Source: Eledone cirrhosa
Lineage: Eukaryota
Assembly (NCBI GenBank): GCA_964016885.1
Contig: OZ024743.1
Location: 163,246,001-163,310,000, forward strand
Reading direction: 5' to 3'
DNA: 64,000 nt
Position 1 is the first letter of the stretch. Each line of letters begins with the position of its first letter. Both the position numbers and the translations under genes were made by a program. The notes below the pieces were generated by a model. That model did not search any database and was not told the DNA's origin. It worked only from the letters and a program-made list of their open reading frames with translations. Below, one piece after another: positions 1-12,376 of this stretch.

Positions 1-150
1 CGAGCAAAATGGTTGGATAACATCCATGAGCTTAGTTGGTCTTTCTTGGGAATCGAGCCAGATCAGTTGGAGACAGTTACTTCTGACAGGACCCACTGGA
101 AGGAGTGTTTGAGGACTCTGCCCCAACGATGCTCTCAGGAATAAGTGGGC
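1..150 (+). mobile_element. LINE 3' fragment, related to 2327-2470
   Basis: Direct similarity with 2327-2460 (gatggttggataacatccatgagctt...gaggactctgccc). Confidence 0.55.
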
Positions 151-543
151 AAAGAAGATTGCCAATAGTTTTCAATTATTTTTGAAAATTATCAAGCGAT
201 TTATAACTAACTTTCTCATTATTAATTTGGTGTCTGGAACAATAGTTCAGAAAAGGTTTTTACATAAAATTATATCAAAGGGTTTAAATTTTAAAATTAA
301 ATCAAGGCAGATTAGTTTCAAAAGGGTTAAAAAGGAGTAAAAGTTGTTTTTGTTGTTTAACCATGTTGACCCTGATAAAGCAGACCTATGACCATAAAAG
401 GCAATATACTTAAGATTACATTATCTGATTATCATTTAAGACAGGGGTCTGTGTTTTGAGGGAGACATAACTGCTCTTTCAAGAGATAGCTTAAATTTAG
501 TGAAAGAGTATTGGTGTTTGCAAATATAAACTAATTCACTAAC

Positions 544-666
544 TTGCCAATAGATAAAAGCCCAAGGCCCTTGTAGATGAGAGAATGTAGATAAGGTGTC
601 TTCATCTGTGTGACAATAGGACAGTGCTGTTAATAATGCTTCAGTGTCATTGTCATCTTTTTGTAA
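544..666 (-). CDS. ASNSD1: ASNSD1 coding exon 3 (LQKDDNDTEALL...LQGPWAFIYWQ); gene continues off the left edge
   Basis: ttttcag acceptor and gt donor; 123 nt, phase 0, in frame with exon 2; NDT...GPWAFIY motif of the class II glutamine amidotransferase domain. Confidence 0.88.
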
Positions 667-1047
667 CTGAAAAGGAAAAGAGGTTAGAATGGTTAGGGAA
701 AGCCAGTACAGTGCAAGTTAGAATATTTTGAGTGAAAATGAGTGTAAAGTAAGTCAAACAACAGCTCTCAGGTTTGATCTTACTTGATGACAACTTGGGA
801 AAGTGTCATTTACAATGGTCTGGGGTTGATACAAACCTTATCAATGAAATTAGGTCAGTACTTATAAACCAAACAGCCAACCTTGTCACACATTGTGTCA
901 TGCTGAAGAGTACACGTGTGTGGAATGATCAGTCAATTACATGATAATTGCATGAGCAGGTTGTTTCATTGACTGAAACAACTGGAATGCTGACTGTGGA
1001 AACTGACAGAGGTCCAGTCCATTTCATGGTAGGGTATAACAACTCAC

Positions 1048-1248
1048 CTGGGGTAAACCATCAAATATCTCTCCATTCCACAACAATATGTTGCCATTTT
1101 GGTCAGCTAATGGTTGTATGGTCAGTTGACCTCTCAGGTGAAGAACGAAGCCATACAGGGTTGCACTGACCTCCTCAGATACATTGACCGATGTCCAATT
1201 GCAAGCATCTGGACCACGATTACTTATTTGGGATTGCAAAACCAAACT
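1048..1248 (-). CDS. ASNSD1: ASNSD1 coding exon 2 ([16 protein letters not shown]...[33 protein letters not shown])
   Basis: RGPD, LHLRG, QP and WNGEIF motifs typical of ASNSD1; ctgacag acceptor and gtgagt donor; 201 nt. Confidence 0.92.
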
Positions 1249-1740
1249 CTGTCAGGAGAAACAAATATATATTCATATATATAATTATGTATGTGCATGT
1301 GTAGAGGGGGGATTCCAAAGCTTAAGTTTTGGAATCACCCCTTAACAAAAACTAGCATTGCCACTGACAACGAGAAATGTTTCATTACTGATGATTTCAA
1401 ATAAATGAAAATGTTCTAGTTTTCTAGAAGTCATTTCTATTTGAAATAAATGATGTACTTTCTCTACTTAATGTACTGAGTATGATATCTAACTGTGGTC
1501 TCTTTCCATTCTCCTATAGAAAATCTTTCTTTACATCATCATCGGTTTACATCTTTCATGTTGGAATGGTTTGAAATAATGTTGTACAGGTGGACACTTT
1601 TTCTGATGTCAACCTTTTAGTCATATGCAGTGATACAGTGTACCTACAGTAATGCACCAGCTTCAGAATTTGGTAATCAGAAGGAAGATAGCTGCAAAAG
1701 CCAAACTCATTATCTTCAATTCAGTATTTGTGCCGCCCCT

Positions 1741-2076
1741 CATGAATTCATTTCATTTTACGTCCGCTTTTTCCCTGCTTGCAAGGGAGGGACGGGAACT
1801 GATTTTGGCTTGATTTCTACAGCTGGATGCCCTTCCTAACACCAACCTCATTTACAGTGAGTGCTGGGTGCTTTTTTGCCGTGGCACCTCCACGACCACT
1901 TTACAGTGGAATGATAGGGACCCCAGTCCCTATCATCTCATTTCTACAGCTGAGTAAACTGGAGCAATGTGAAATAAAGTGTCTTGCTCAAGGAAACAAC
2001 ACATCACCCGGTCTGAGAATTGAACTCACAACCTTTCGATTGCAAGGCCAATGCTCTAACCACTAAGCCATGTGCC
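1741..2076 (-). mobile_element. tRNA-derived SINE with RTE-like 3' tail (family 1)
   Basis: Head with A/B-box-like sequence (tggcttagtgg / gagttcaattc); tail shares ggttggtgttaggaagggcatccagc with the RTE 3'UTRs; near-identical truncated copy at 30076-30335. Confidence 0.8.
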
Positions 2077-2079
2077 TCC

Positions 2080-2480
2080 ATCTTGGGTAATAACCGAAAG
2101 AATACAATTGCGAATACAAGGGGCTGAAATGTGGTTCCTCCAAAGAGTCTTTGGAGTAACGATACTCAATACAATGTGTAGCTCAGAGATCAGAGTCACT
2201 CCAGTTAGAGCCACTACTTCTCCAGATTGAGAGATCACAGTCCGATACTATGGGCATGGGGTTAGAGTGTCTCATGAAAGAATCACAGGACAGATTATAC
2301 AGGCAAAACCAACTGGCAGGAGACCCTGAGCAAGATGGTTGGATAACATCCATGAGCTTGGCTGATCTCGCTTGGGGATCCAGCTAGACCAGTTGGAGAT
2401 GGTTACTTCTGACAGGACCTGCTGGAAGGAGTGTTTGAGGACTCTGCCCAATCGGGCAGAAAGTAGGAGGAGGAGGAAGT
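2080..2480 (+). mobile_element. Decayed RTE-like LINE 3' fragment in an ASNSD1 intron
   Basis: Remnant coding sequence resembling the RTE C-terminus (RYYGH-like); duplicated at 1-150. Confidence 0.55.
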
Positions 2481-2731
2481 TTTTTCAATAACATTGTTTA
2501 ATATATATACAATAAGTATATCTGAACAAATGGACTCCAGTCTGCATTTTTCACACATGATTCTAATGACGAGGAGCCATGTGACGCAATAGAAAAGAAT
2601 TAAATTGAGAATTAAAGATGAAGGAATAGTGTTTCTAATATCTCTATTTTTCTTTTGATGAAATATTAGTTTCTTACAAGAATTGATGAATATAGTATAT
2701 ATTCTGAGGGGGTCATAAATATTTACTTTAC

Positions 2732-2788
2732 CTTATCATGCTGTTCATTTTTTCCCACTGGTCCCAGAATACAACAGATTCCACACAT
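2732..2788 (-). CDS. ASNSD1: ASNSD1 first coding exon MCGICCILGPVGKNEQHDK
   Basis: MCGI Ntn-amidotransferase N-terminus; gtaaag donor; phase 0 into exon 2; an acceptor at 2805-2806 implies an upstream UTR exon. Confidence 0.9.
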
Positions 2789-4147
2789 CATATACTTTTG
2801 TTCTCTGCATGCAAAGAAAGGAAATTATTAAAAATATAATACACCTTCAACATAGGCTCAAGTCATCAAATTTATATTATCATCATTTAATGTCTGTTTA
2901 CACTGCTAGCAAGAATTGGATGACCAAGTCAGAGCCACTAATCTCCTCCCTTACATATGTTCCCATACTCTAGAATGCACTGGGTGCATTTTATCATGGC
3001 ACCAGCACTATCTTTGATACAACTGAAAAGTGTTCTTGGCCTTTTGCTTGCTATTACAAATATATACAATGGACAGAAAATGTGAAGTTGTGTTATTCAT
3101 TCATTTTCAAAGAGCATTAGCAGCTATGTGTAAAGCAAAATGACTTCAGCTGAGCAACAGAAAACATTTGCTAAGTACTTACATTACATTCTACCATTGT
3201 TTTGTTTGTTGTTATTGTTTATCTCCAGGCTTATCCTGATTAGTTAAAGTACAATAAAAAGCATTCTAGACATAACCATCAAATCGTTTTTTTATCGAAA
3301 ATATCCTTCATTTATTTAAAATGGTGTGGTTTGAGAGAGATTTGGCTGTTATTTTTAGTGGGATGGATAATCATATAGATTCTCCTTTGTTAGCTTATCT
3401 GCCATACAGTATATCACCACTTATCCCAATCCTGTTATCTATGAAATCCATGGTATCTTGAACAAGAAACTTTACAAAAACCTCGGGTTGCCTGAAGTCT
3501 TGTGAGTGAAATTGAGTAAATAGAAAGTGTATGGAAGCCAGTCGAATTGACTGTACCTATAATTCAAGAATTGTCACATATTGCATCCGGCTGATTTGGC
3601 TTGGAAATTCCATTAAAGGTGCACATGTCCGTGGAATAGTCAACTGCTTACACGTTCAGTTGATCGAATAAAATGTTCATCGTCGAAAACGGCGGAGAAC
3701 TATAATAGGAAACATGTTTAAAAGGAAATATTTTGATGTAAATTGTATATAAATTAAAAGATATGTATTATATATATAAAACGATATATTGACTAAATGG
3801 TTTTGGCTGGAAAGCCACCTTGATATGTTATTGTTTATAGTGGGTTATTGAAACACAAGTAACGTGTTTTAAGAGGTATATTTTCTCGTAGCAGTGTATA
3901 TAAACTGAAGTACATGGCCGTGAAAATACACAAACTAAGGTACGTAACAGTGTACGTACAGATACTAAGGTACGTAGCAGCCGATAAAGAGAGGTTAAGT
4001 ACAATTCGTCTTTTCCATTACAATTTTTCGTTTTACTAGTGAATCGTTTCGATGTGTACTAAAATAGGAAACAACCCAGTCCACTGCAACACTTTCATGG
4101 AGAAAAACTGGGATAGACCCAAAAGTGAAAAGATATGTATGCCTTAC

Positions 4148-4200
4148 CGAGTTTGATCACATACAACTATTTAAACAACAATCGTAAATATTTTCCGCTG
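4148..4200 (-). other. Candidate 5'UTR exon of ASNSD1 (5' boundary uncertain)
   Basis: Strong CG|GTAAGG donor at 4148/4147 in a locally CpG-richer region; another G|GTAAGT lies near 4362. Confidence 0.3.
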
Positions 4201-4769
4201 TAAATTATTTTCATTTCTCGAATTACTTTTATAACAGAAATCTATTAAAGAATAATTAATAAGAAACTTAAATGTTTATTATCAACACTATTCTTTATAC
4301 ATGTAAAATATTAATTCCACCTTTATGCTGTATTTTTCTTTCTGCGCGGTTAAATCACTTACCACATGTAATAGCGGTGTAAATATTTATATTCACTATT
4401 TCACTAAAGACGGTGTTCTATGGAATTGTATCCCTAGGCAAACAAACAACTGCTGCCACTTCGTACTTGAAAGAAGGTATTGATATTGTACTATATCTTG
4501 AGAACGTACACCGTTAAATACCCAAACCAGTTTCTATTCGAACTTACAATTGTTTTATTTCCTTCGCGCTGATAATATTGTTAATGATGGCATGAACGTC
4601 ATACAATCTCATTTTTCTAGCACTATAAATTTGAAAGTATTGGAAGAATGAGGAGTTAAATAATTACTTTTTACAACTTCGGTTTTTACTGCGGATTTAC
4701 CCATGCGAACTATTACGCAAACTCACAGCCTTAGATTTTGTATTTCTAGCATTTTTATTTTCCTTCTCT

Positions 4770-5632
4770 TTGTATGTTCAGTACTCTTTCTCTCCTACTG
4801 TATTTACCTGCCTCTCACATGACCACACTCCTCTCCACGCACTCATAATCTTCTCACCCCTTCTCCACTTTCTATCCCTCCCCTTGCTCACCCCTTACTT
4901 CGTTCTCGCGCACAGCCCACCTAGGTATTCGTTCAACACGTCGGTGGCCCGATGTTTCGACCGAACTATCACCGGCGATTGCCGATTGCTAAAGTTGCCA
5001 CCACTTTAACCTAGTCCACTCTACGTGGCGGTGGCATGCGTCGAACGACCAAGAGACCTGCTTGGTGGTATGACTATGTGACAAATGGTCAGTCTCCGAC
5101 CTCTCATGCTCCACCAACTGCTGCACGCACGACAGGAGCTAACTTGCCCCCACCTATCCCCTCTTCCCCTTCACGGCAGATTCCGAACGAATCCAACCCG
5201 GCCAACCACACCACCCCTACAACTGTTAGCTCACCACCCAACCCCCACTTTAGTCCCACCGTTAGAACCACTGCTGTCTCCTTTACTGACTCACTCCCTC
5301 CACCGAATTCCAGCGCTGGCCCTCTACTGCCGGTTGCTGCCAGCCCACCACCTGATTGCGCTCTCTGTACCCGCACTAGCCGGTACTTAAAGACAATTAA
5401 ATGTCATCTATGCCACGCAAACTACCACAGAACCTGTGTTGGCATCACCAAAGCTCAAGCCGAAAGGCTTCAACACTGGACCTGTAATCGGTGCCATTTC
5501 AGCTCCGACGTATTCCGTGGGGATGCCCCACGCTTTGATGACCAGCTCTCTACCGACGACTTTGCCACAGCCCTCCAGGGCTTCTCCAAATCAAAGCTCG
5601 TTAACCGGATCCCCAAGGGAGCTCGGAATAGT
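4770..5632 (+). mobile_element. 5' part of a probable CRE-like non-LTR retrotransposon; ORF from 5036 with Pro/Ser-rich region, C4HC3 PHD finger and RIPKGAR, truncated by an LTR insertion
   Basis: CALC...CHLC...YHRTC...WTCNRC fits PHD spacing. RIPKGAR is recalled from CRE-like ORFs, so the family assignment is inference. Confidence 0.6.
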
Positions 5633-6180
5633 TGTAGCGGTCCCTTACGGCTGTAACTCAGCACGTATAGGAGTTGCGTCCCTTTGCGACGGTCGCGACT
5701 CCCAGTGGCAGATACGTATAGGAGTTGCGTCTCTTTGTGACGGTCGCGACTCCCTGTGGCAGATACGTATAGGAGTTGCGTCCCTTTGTGACGGTCGCGA
5801 CTCCCTGTGGCAAATCCATGTACTAAATGGAGTTGCGTCCCCCTGGGGACTATATATTTGAGGACAATCAAGGCATAACTCTCTCGCATACTGAACTTCG
5901 AAGGAACAAGAAGAACACTCCAGACCTTGTCAAGAGATGACTCCTGCCTCCCTTCCTGCGCCGGCAGTCTAAAGAAACACTTGAACTTTACCAAGAGAAG
6001 ATTTCTGTTCTTCTCTACACACTCCAGCCTGGGAGTTGTGACCAACTGACCATCAACATGTGGTAACAATTATTTATATTAATTTATTTGACTTCTGTGA
6101 AGTAAAACCATGTCACAACACTCACCTGCATTTATTGTCATTCTTGATAATATAATATATACACTGATACTAATCCCCCA
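5633..6180 (+). mobile_element. 5' LTR of Gypsy element
   Basis: TGTAG...CCCCA termini, followed at 6184 by TGGTGACCTGACGT (degenerate tRNA-Trp PBS). Confidence 0.8.
5664..5843 (+). repeat. 51-bp tandem repeat (3 units plus a partial) inside the LTR
   Basis: cgtataggagttgcgtccctttg(c/t)gacggtcgcgactccc(a/t)gtggcagata repeated with no spacers. Confidence 0.95.
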
Positions 6181-6183
6181 GAT

Positions 6184-9100
6184 TGGTGACCTGACGTTTT
6201 AGAAAAAAAAATGGGAAATGGTACCATGTGTATATAAAAAAAAAGAGAGAGAAAAAACATTTAATACAGAACAACACACTTGATTCTGATATGGCTGTAT
6301 TGACCGATCTAAACATATTTCTCTGTAACACTTAACATCAAACTCTTCACATGTGCAAAACGAACACCGAAAGTTATTTACACACAAACAAACAGCAATT
6401 GTATGAATGTTTTTTCTTTTTTTTTCTTCGTTTCTTCTTTTCTCTGGCTAAAATTTTTTAGGATGACAAGATGGCGGCTTTCTTCTCCATCAATAGTCTT
6501 TTTGGCGCGAAATAGTCCGCCATGTTGGTTTTAGTTTTAAATTCCCTACCTATACCTTGTTAATGACATCGCTCGGTTAGTCGCTCCTTTATATGTTGTC
6601 TTGGATGCATTCTTTTTCCTGTCCAGTTGTTTGACAGAGAAAAATAAGCGATTTTGTTTTCCTTTTCCCTTGTGTTGGAGACATTTTTCCAAACGGAGAT
6701 GATTTTTTGCAGATTACCTATGGTATAACAATGGCATCTCACTTAGCCATTATGGCGATGCAGAAGTCCATTCAGGAACTCACCCTGGAGCTCCAGAAGA
6801 TGAAGATCTGGTGTGGTGCCCGTTCGCGCCTGCGCAGCTGCGGGAGATCTCAATCTTTTAGATGCCGTCCCAAATCACCAGCTTCATTTTTATGCTGGTA
6901 CCATGAGCGATTTGCCGAGAGCGCGAACCACTGCGTGCAACCTTGTTCATTTCATAAGGCGGGAAACGCCAAAGATGTCCGCTGATGGGGCCAGTTGACC
7001 TCAACATAAAGCCACCAAACCGCCATTTCTTCATTAAGGATCTTAGGTCGGGAAGAGGTTTCCTTGTGGATACAGGAGCCTCCTGTAGTATTTGGCCAGT
7101 CCATTGCCTGAAAGATACCCCCGTGGAGTCATCCGTTACTCTGCAGGCCGTTAATCACTTGTCTATAAAGACGTACGGGCAAATCTCGCTTCCTCTCAAA
7201 TTCCTAAATCTTCGTAGGGATTTTAAGTGGATTTTTACGGTTGCCGATTTGCCTTACCCTATCTTAGGAGCGAATTTCCTCCACAACTTCTTTGACTGTG
7301 GACGTCCGTGGCCAACGCCTGGTAGATAACATCACCGGTTGTTCAATTCGTGGCCAGAAAGCCAATGCTCCAATGGTCAGCCCCATATTCTTCATCGCTG
7401 CCGCTGGAGTCGCCTACCATTCGTTGTTAGGTTCTTTCCCGGAGCTCACCGATGGAAATTTTCGAGTCACTGAGCCAACCCACTCAACTGAACATTTCAT
7501 TTCCACCACTGGTGCTCAGTGTTTTCGCGTCCCTGTCACTTACCGGCGGACAAATTAAAGGCAGCATGGTCCGAGTTCGACCATATGCTGCAGCTGGGCA
7601 TTATTCGCCATCTACGAGTCCGTGGGCTTCACTGTTACACATGGTGCCCAAGACTTCCAGTGACTGGAGACCCACTGGGGATTATAGAAGATTAAATGCT
7701 ACGATCGTCCCGGATAGGTATCCCATTCCCCACCTCCAGGATTTCGCATCCTCATTGCAGGGGTGTAAGATTTTCTCAAAATTAGATTTAGTGCGAGCCT
7801 TCCACCAAATTCCGGTCAGGAAGGAGGATATTCCGAAAACGGTGATTACAACTCCTTTCGGATCATTCAAATTTTTTACCATGCCTTTCGGACTCAGGAA
7901 CGCCGCTAGCACTTTTCAGCGGTTCATAGACGAAGTCACTCGTGGTCTGGACTTCGTTTATGCTTCCATAGACGATATTCTCATTGCTAGTTCCTCTCCG
8001 GAAGAGCATATGCGCCACATGCATCTCTTATTTCGGCGACTTCAGGATTACCGCGTTTGTGTGAATCCCGCAAAGTGTGTTTTCGGTTCCACTTTGCTAA
8101 ATTTGTTAGACCACCTCATTGACGCCGAAGGTATTAGGCCGCTTCCTTGGCGAGTTCAAGTCATACAGGATTTACCTCCGCCTACTACACTTCACCAGTT
8201 GCGTCACTTCTTAGGCCTAATCAATTTCTATAGGCGTTTTGTTCCTCATTGTGCTAATTTGCTATCTTCCTTTACTGACATTTTGAAAAATCGTCATAAG
8301 AATGAGGATATTTCCTTGACACAAGGACAGCTTCAAGACTTCCAGACTGCCAAGACAGCACTCACTAGTTCATCTTTGCTAGCCCACCCGGTACCAGAGG
8401 CCAAGCTTTCGCTTTGTGTTGATGCATCTGATACTGCTGTGGGAGCAGTTTTACAGCAGTTCAACGCTGGAAACCAACAACCTTTGGCATTTTTCTCGAG
8501 GAAGCTGAAACCAGCAGAAACGCGTTACAGCACGTTTGGGCGGGAATTATTAGCCATATATCTGTTGGTGAAACATTTCTCTCACATTCTTGAAGGGAGA
8601 AATTTTACTGTTTTAACCGACCACAAACCTCTGACCTTCGCTTTGAGGGCCAAAGCCGACAGATATTCACCCAGAGAGACAAGGCATCTGGATGACGTTT
8701 CGCAATTTACAAATGATATCCAGCACATTGCTGGCTCACATAACATAGCTGCAGATGCATTGTTACGTTTGCCAATCAGCTCAATCTCGTCATCCCAGGA
8801 GATCGACTTAAGTCGTTTAGCTGCAGACCAACCTGCATTCCAATCGTTGGATACTCTTTCTGCCGAATTTGCGACTTGCATCTTCAAATATCTGCCCTCG
8901 TCGACTACCGACAGGCAGATTCTATGTGATGTATCTACGGATTCACCACGACCTTATGTTCCTGAGACTCACCGTCGAATTGTGTTCCTAGCTTTGCACA
9001 GCATTTCTCACCCAGGAATTTCTGCCACAGTAAAGCTCATAACGGCTAGATTTTTCTGGCCCAATATGAGGCGAGAAATTACTGTCTGGTGCCGTTCCTG

Positions 9101-9332
9101 CACACAGTGTCAGAGATCTAAAATCCACAGACACATCCGGACTCCACTTGGTACTTTCAGTACTCCAGATGCTCGGTTTCAGCACATCCACATTGATATC
9201 GTTGGACCTTGGCCATTCAGTAGTGGATATTCTTACCTCTTGACCTGTATCGATCGTTTTTAGCGATGGCCTGAAGCCATCCCCTTACAAGATATAACTG
9301 CCAAGACTGTAACGCATGCCCTGGTATCAGGG
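6184..9332 (+). mobile_element. Decayed Ty3/Gypsy (CsRn1-like) internal region: gag knuckle, protease, RT, RNase H, integrase N-terminus; 3'-truncated
   Basis: CWYH...C...C (CHCC) gag box; FLVDTGAS protease; [17 protein letters not shown] and SIDD (YIDD variant) RT; VDASD RNase H; H-H...C-C and HIDIVG integrase; frameshifts present. Confidence 0.93.
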
Positions 9333-10700
9333 TGTCAGAAATAGTTGCTGAGATGCTAAAAGCATTGGGAGAGGTAGGAGTCAAAATAGTAACCCTCATG
9401 GTAAATCAAATAATAAATTGCTACAAGGGCAAAGGTGATGCTCTAGAAAGGAGCAACTATAGAAGAATAAAATTAATGGACCAGGTTATGAAAGTGACAG
9501 AAAGAGTTATAGCGCAACTAATTAGGGAAAGAGTCAAATTAGATGAGATGCAGTTTGGTTTCATGCCTGGGAAAAGTACTACAGATGGTCCCTTCTTAGT
9601 GAGGTAACTACAAAAGAAGTTTGCCGCCAAAAATAAACCACTATATTTAGCTTTTGTTGATCTAGAGAAAGCCTTTGGCAGAGTACCTCAATCTATTATC
9701 TTGTGGTCCTTAAGGAAATTAGGTGTAGAAGAATGGCATATGAGAGCAGTGAAAACTATGTACAGAGGAGCTGTCAGTAAAGTGAGAGTAGGAAATGTGT
9801 TTAGCGAGGAATTCAATGTACAGATAAGAGTTCATCAAGGTTCAGTTCTTAGCCCACTGCTGTTCATCATAGGTCTTAAGGCCATAAGAGAGGAGTTTAA
9901 AATGGGCTGCCCATTGGAGCCTCTCTATGCAGATTATTTGGTCCTTATAACTGAAACTAAAAAAGAGTTAGAAAATAAATTCTGATTATGGAAAAACTAA
10001 AGTGCTAGTAAGTAGGAGAGCAGACAGGACCCTGATTCCCTCAGGGAAGTGGCCATGCTCAATATACAAAAAAGTAGTAGGCATAAACTCCATACAATGT
10101 ACAAAATGTAAATCTTGGGTACACAAAAGATTTAGTGGGATAATGAGTAGACTAACAGGAAGGGAGAACTTTGCTTGTAGAAGATGCACTGGAGGAAGAT
10201 TGCTAATTATATAAATCTTTTCCAGTCACAGGAAGGACATGGTTGATAGCTTCTGCTATCTAGGTGACCTAATTAGCAGCAGAGGAGGGTGCATTGAGAG
10301 TATAATAGTTAGAATAATGATAGGATGGAATAAGTTTAGAGAACTACACCCACTGCTGACAAGAAAAAGTCTCTCTCTACATACAAAAGGAAGGCTGTAT
10401 GACACCTGTGCAGTGCGCGATGCTGCATGGTAGTGAAATATGGGCTGTGACTGCAGAGGACATATGTAGACTGGAGAGAAATGAAGTAACCATGTTTTGT
10501 TGCAATGTAAATGTGAGTGAAAGGCAGAGCTTGGATGAGCTGAGGGAGAATCTGGGTTTAAGAAGAATCCGAGATGGTGTGTAGAAGAGAAGTCTGCATT
10601 GGTACGGACATGTGCTGGGTAATGGGTGATGAAATGACAGGAAATCCCAGAAAGACCTGGGAAAAGGTTGTGAAAAAGTCTCTGATGATGTGACACTGCT
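9333..10700 (+). mobile_element. Decayed RTE-clade LINE fragment
   Basis: NYRRIKLM, QFGFMPGKST, VHQGSVLSPLLF, LYADY motifs with stops. Confidence 0.9.
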
Positions 10701-10819
10701 GCTGGTCACTGTTGCAATGATTGCACAACAGCTCCATGTCGGTGTCACAGAAATACATATAATTAATAAATATGATTATGTACCTTCTGTCTTAACGTTT
10801 ATTTCATATATATATATAT

Positions 10820-11165
10820 ATATTTAACGGGTGTAATGTTACTTTTGTTTGGCGATGGTGTGGTTGCTTGATGGATATGTTCATTTGTAGTAGTAGTGAT
10901 GAAGTGCGAAGATGATAAGATGATGTTGTCAAAGTAGTTGAATGAGTGAGTAACTTGTTGGTCGATTAATGGCAAATGAGTAAATGAAGAATGACTCAGT
11001 GAGTTGGGAGAAGTTTTGCCCTGTTTGGGGAAACAAGTAGTTTTACTTGCTTGCTGTGGTGTGAAGTGACATTACTGTTTGGAAAATGATTTTCCCAAAT
11101 CACATGGATAAGAATTTAAATGTTTTTATTTGTAACATAATTTACTTCGAAATCATGTGTAGCAA
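10820..11165 (-). mobile_element. Fragment related to the post-PBS leader of the LTR elements at 28830-29280
   Basis: Shares gtgat(t/a)tgggaaaatc and the gagtgagt..cttgttgg motif with 29180-29280. Confidence 0.4.
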
Positions 11166-11386
11166 TGAATAAAGAAAAAAGATGTACATACAGATGTTAT
11201 GTGTGCAAATGTAGTAATATTTACCAACCTGTGTTGGTAGTAATCTCAGCCAATCCAGCAGGGTTGACTAGCCAGTGTGTGTGCATGGCTACATTGCTAG
11301 GTGGCCAAACAAATTATCTGTATTTTGCAGAGTTGAAAAACAGACTGTCACTGGGGGTTGAATCTCTTGTATATATAAGATTTTGA
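11165..11386 (+). mobile_element. Possible hAT transposase C-terminal remnant
   Basis: KNRLSLGVESLVYIRF resembles the end of the hAT dimerization domain. Confidence 0.3.
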
Positions 11387-12376
11387 TTACCCAGAAACAT
11401 TAAACAAATGGCTTTTTCAACTCTCCTCTTTCTGGACATTCCAACACCATGAGCCTTCTACAAGAGAATATTATCTAGGTTTTTTTTTTGTCTGTGAGGT
11501 CACAGGTCAGTCTTTTGGTGGGTAATATGAAAAAATTGAAGGCCCCCAATGACATTTCAACAATTAGATCTGAACTAAAGCGTCGATATTTGAGCGGTGG
11601 GAATCTAGCTGAACTCCTCAGTGGGTATAGTTCAGATATGGGCAGACAGTCTATGCAAAAAAAACCCTTTAGAGTACTCTTTTTTTTGTTTTTTGTTTTT
11701 CTCCGGGAGTGGTCAGTGATCGGGGGGGGGGGGGGGATATGGAGTTACATTTGTTCAAATGTGTGTCTTTGTAAAGATAGCTGGTTTAGTCCTGCTTTAT
11801 CCCTATAAATGTCTTGAATTATCTAATTTTATTACATTCATGGTGGCAAAGAAAGGGGCTAGACAGAATGAAAAGTAGGAGAAAGTGGGTGACTAGACCT
11901 ATTGACTTGAAGATGTTAAGCTTGCTAGTAGCGCACACATGCATTTAAGAGAGAATACTACCTTATAAAACATTTCTGATCTGTAAAAATGACATTGTAC
12001 ATTAGGTTCAAAAAGAAAAAAAATGAGAGAAATTTTAATTTCGTCAAAGGGAATAGTGTAGTGTATTTATGTGTTTGTTTATTTGCCTTTTATTTACGAT
12101 TTGCTAAAAGGCTAAACATTTATAATTAATTACTGTATCCCCTCATCGTAGAAATTTCTAGTTATCAATTGCTCTATGGCCTGAGAAAGGTGCCTTGTTT
12201 ACTAATTTACTTATTTAAAACACCAATAAATCTACCATTAATCTTAAATATAGTTCTAGTTATTTTGGTTCTCGTGCTAAGAATCTCTAGTATTATGGAT
12301 TCCTGTTTTATATAAGAAATGCCTCAAAGTGTATTTGTATCATGTATATCATGAGGGCTAATAGTATGCAAATTAA

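Noticed and set aside
2005-2076. tRNA gene
   Set aside because: tRNA-like head of a SINE that continues into the SINE body.
2805-4760. ASDURF-like upstream ORF of ASNSD1
   Set aside because: No matching coding exon recognised in the parts translated by eye; only an ATG-TGA in the candidate UTR exon.
5664-5843. CRISPR-like array
   Set aside because: Units are contiguous with no unique spacers, lie inside a eukaryotic LTR, and there are no cas genes.
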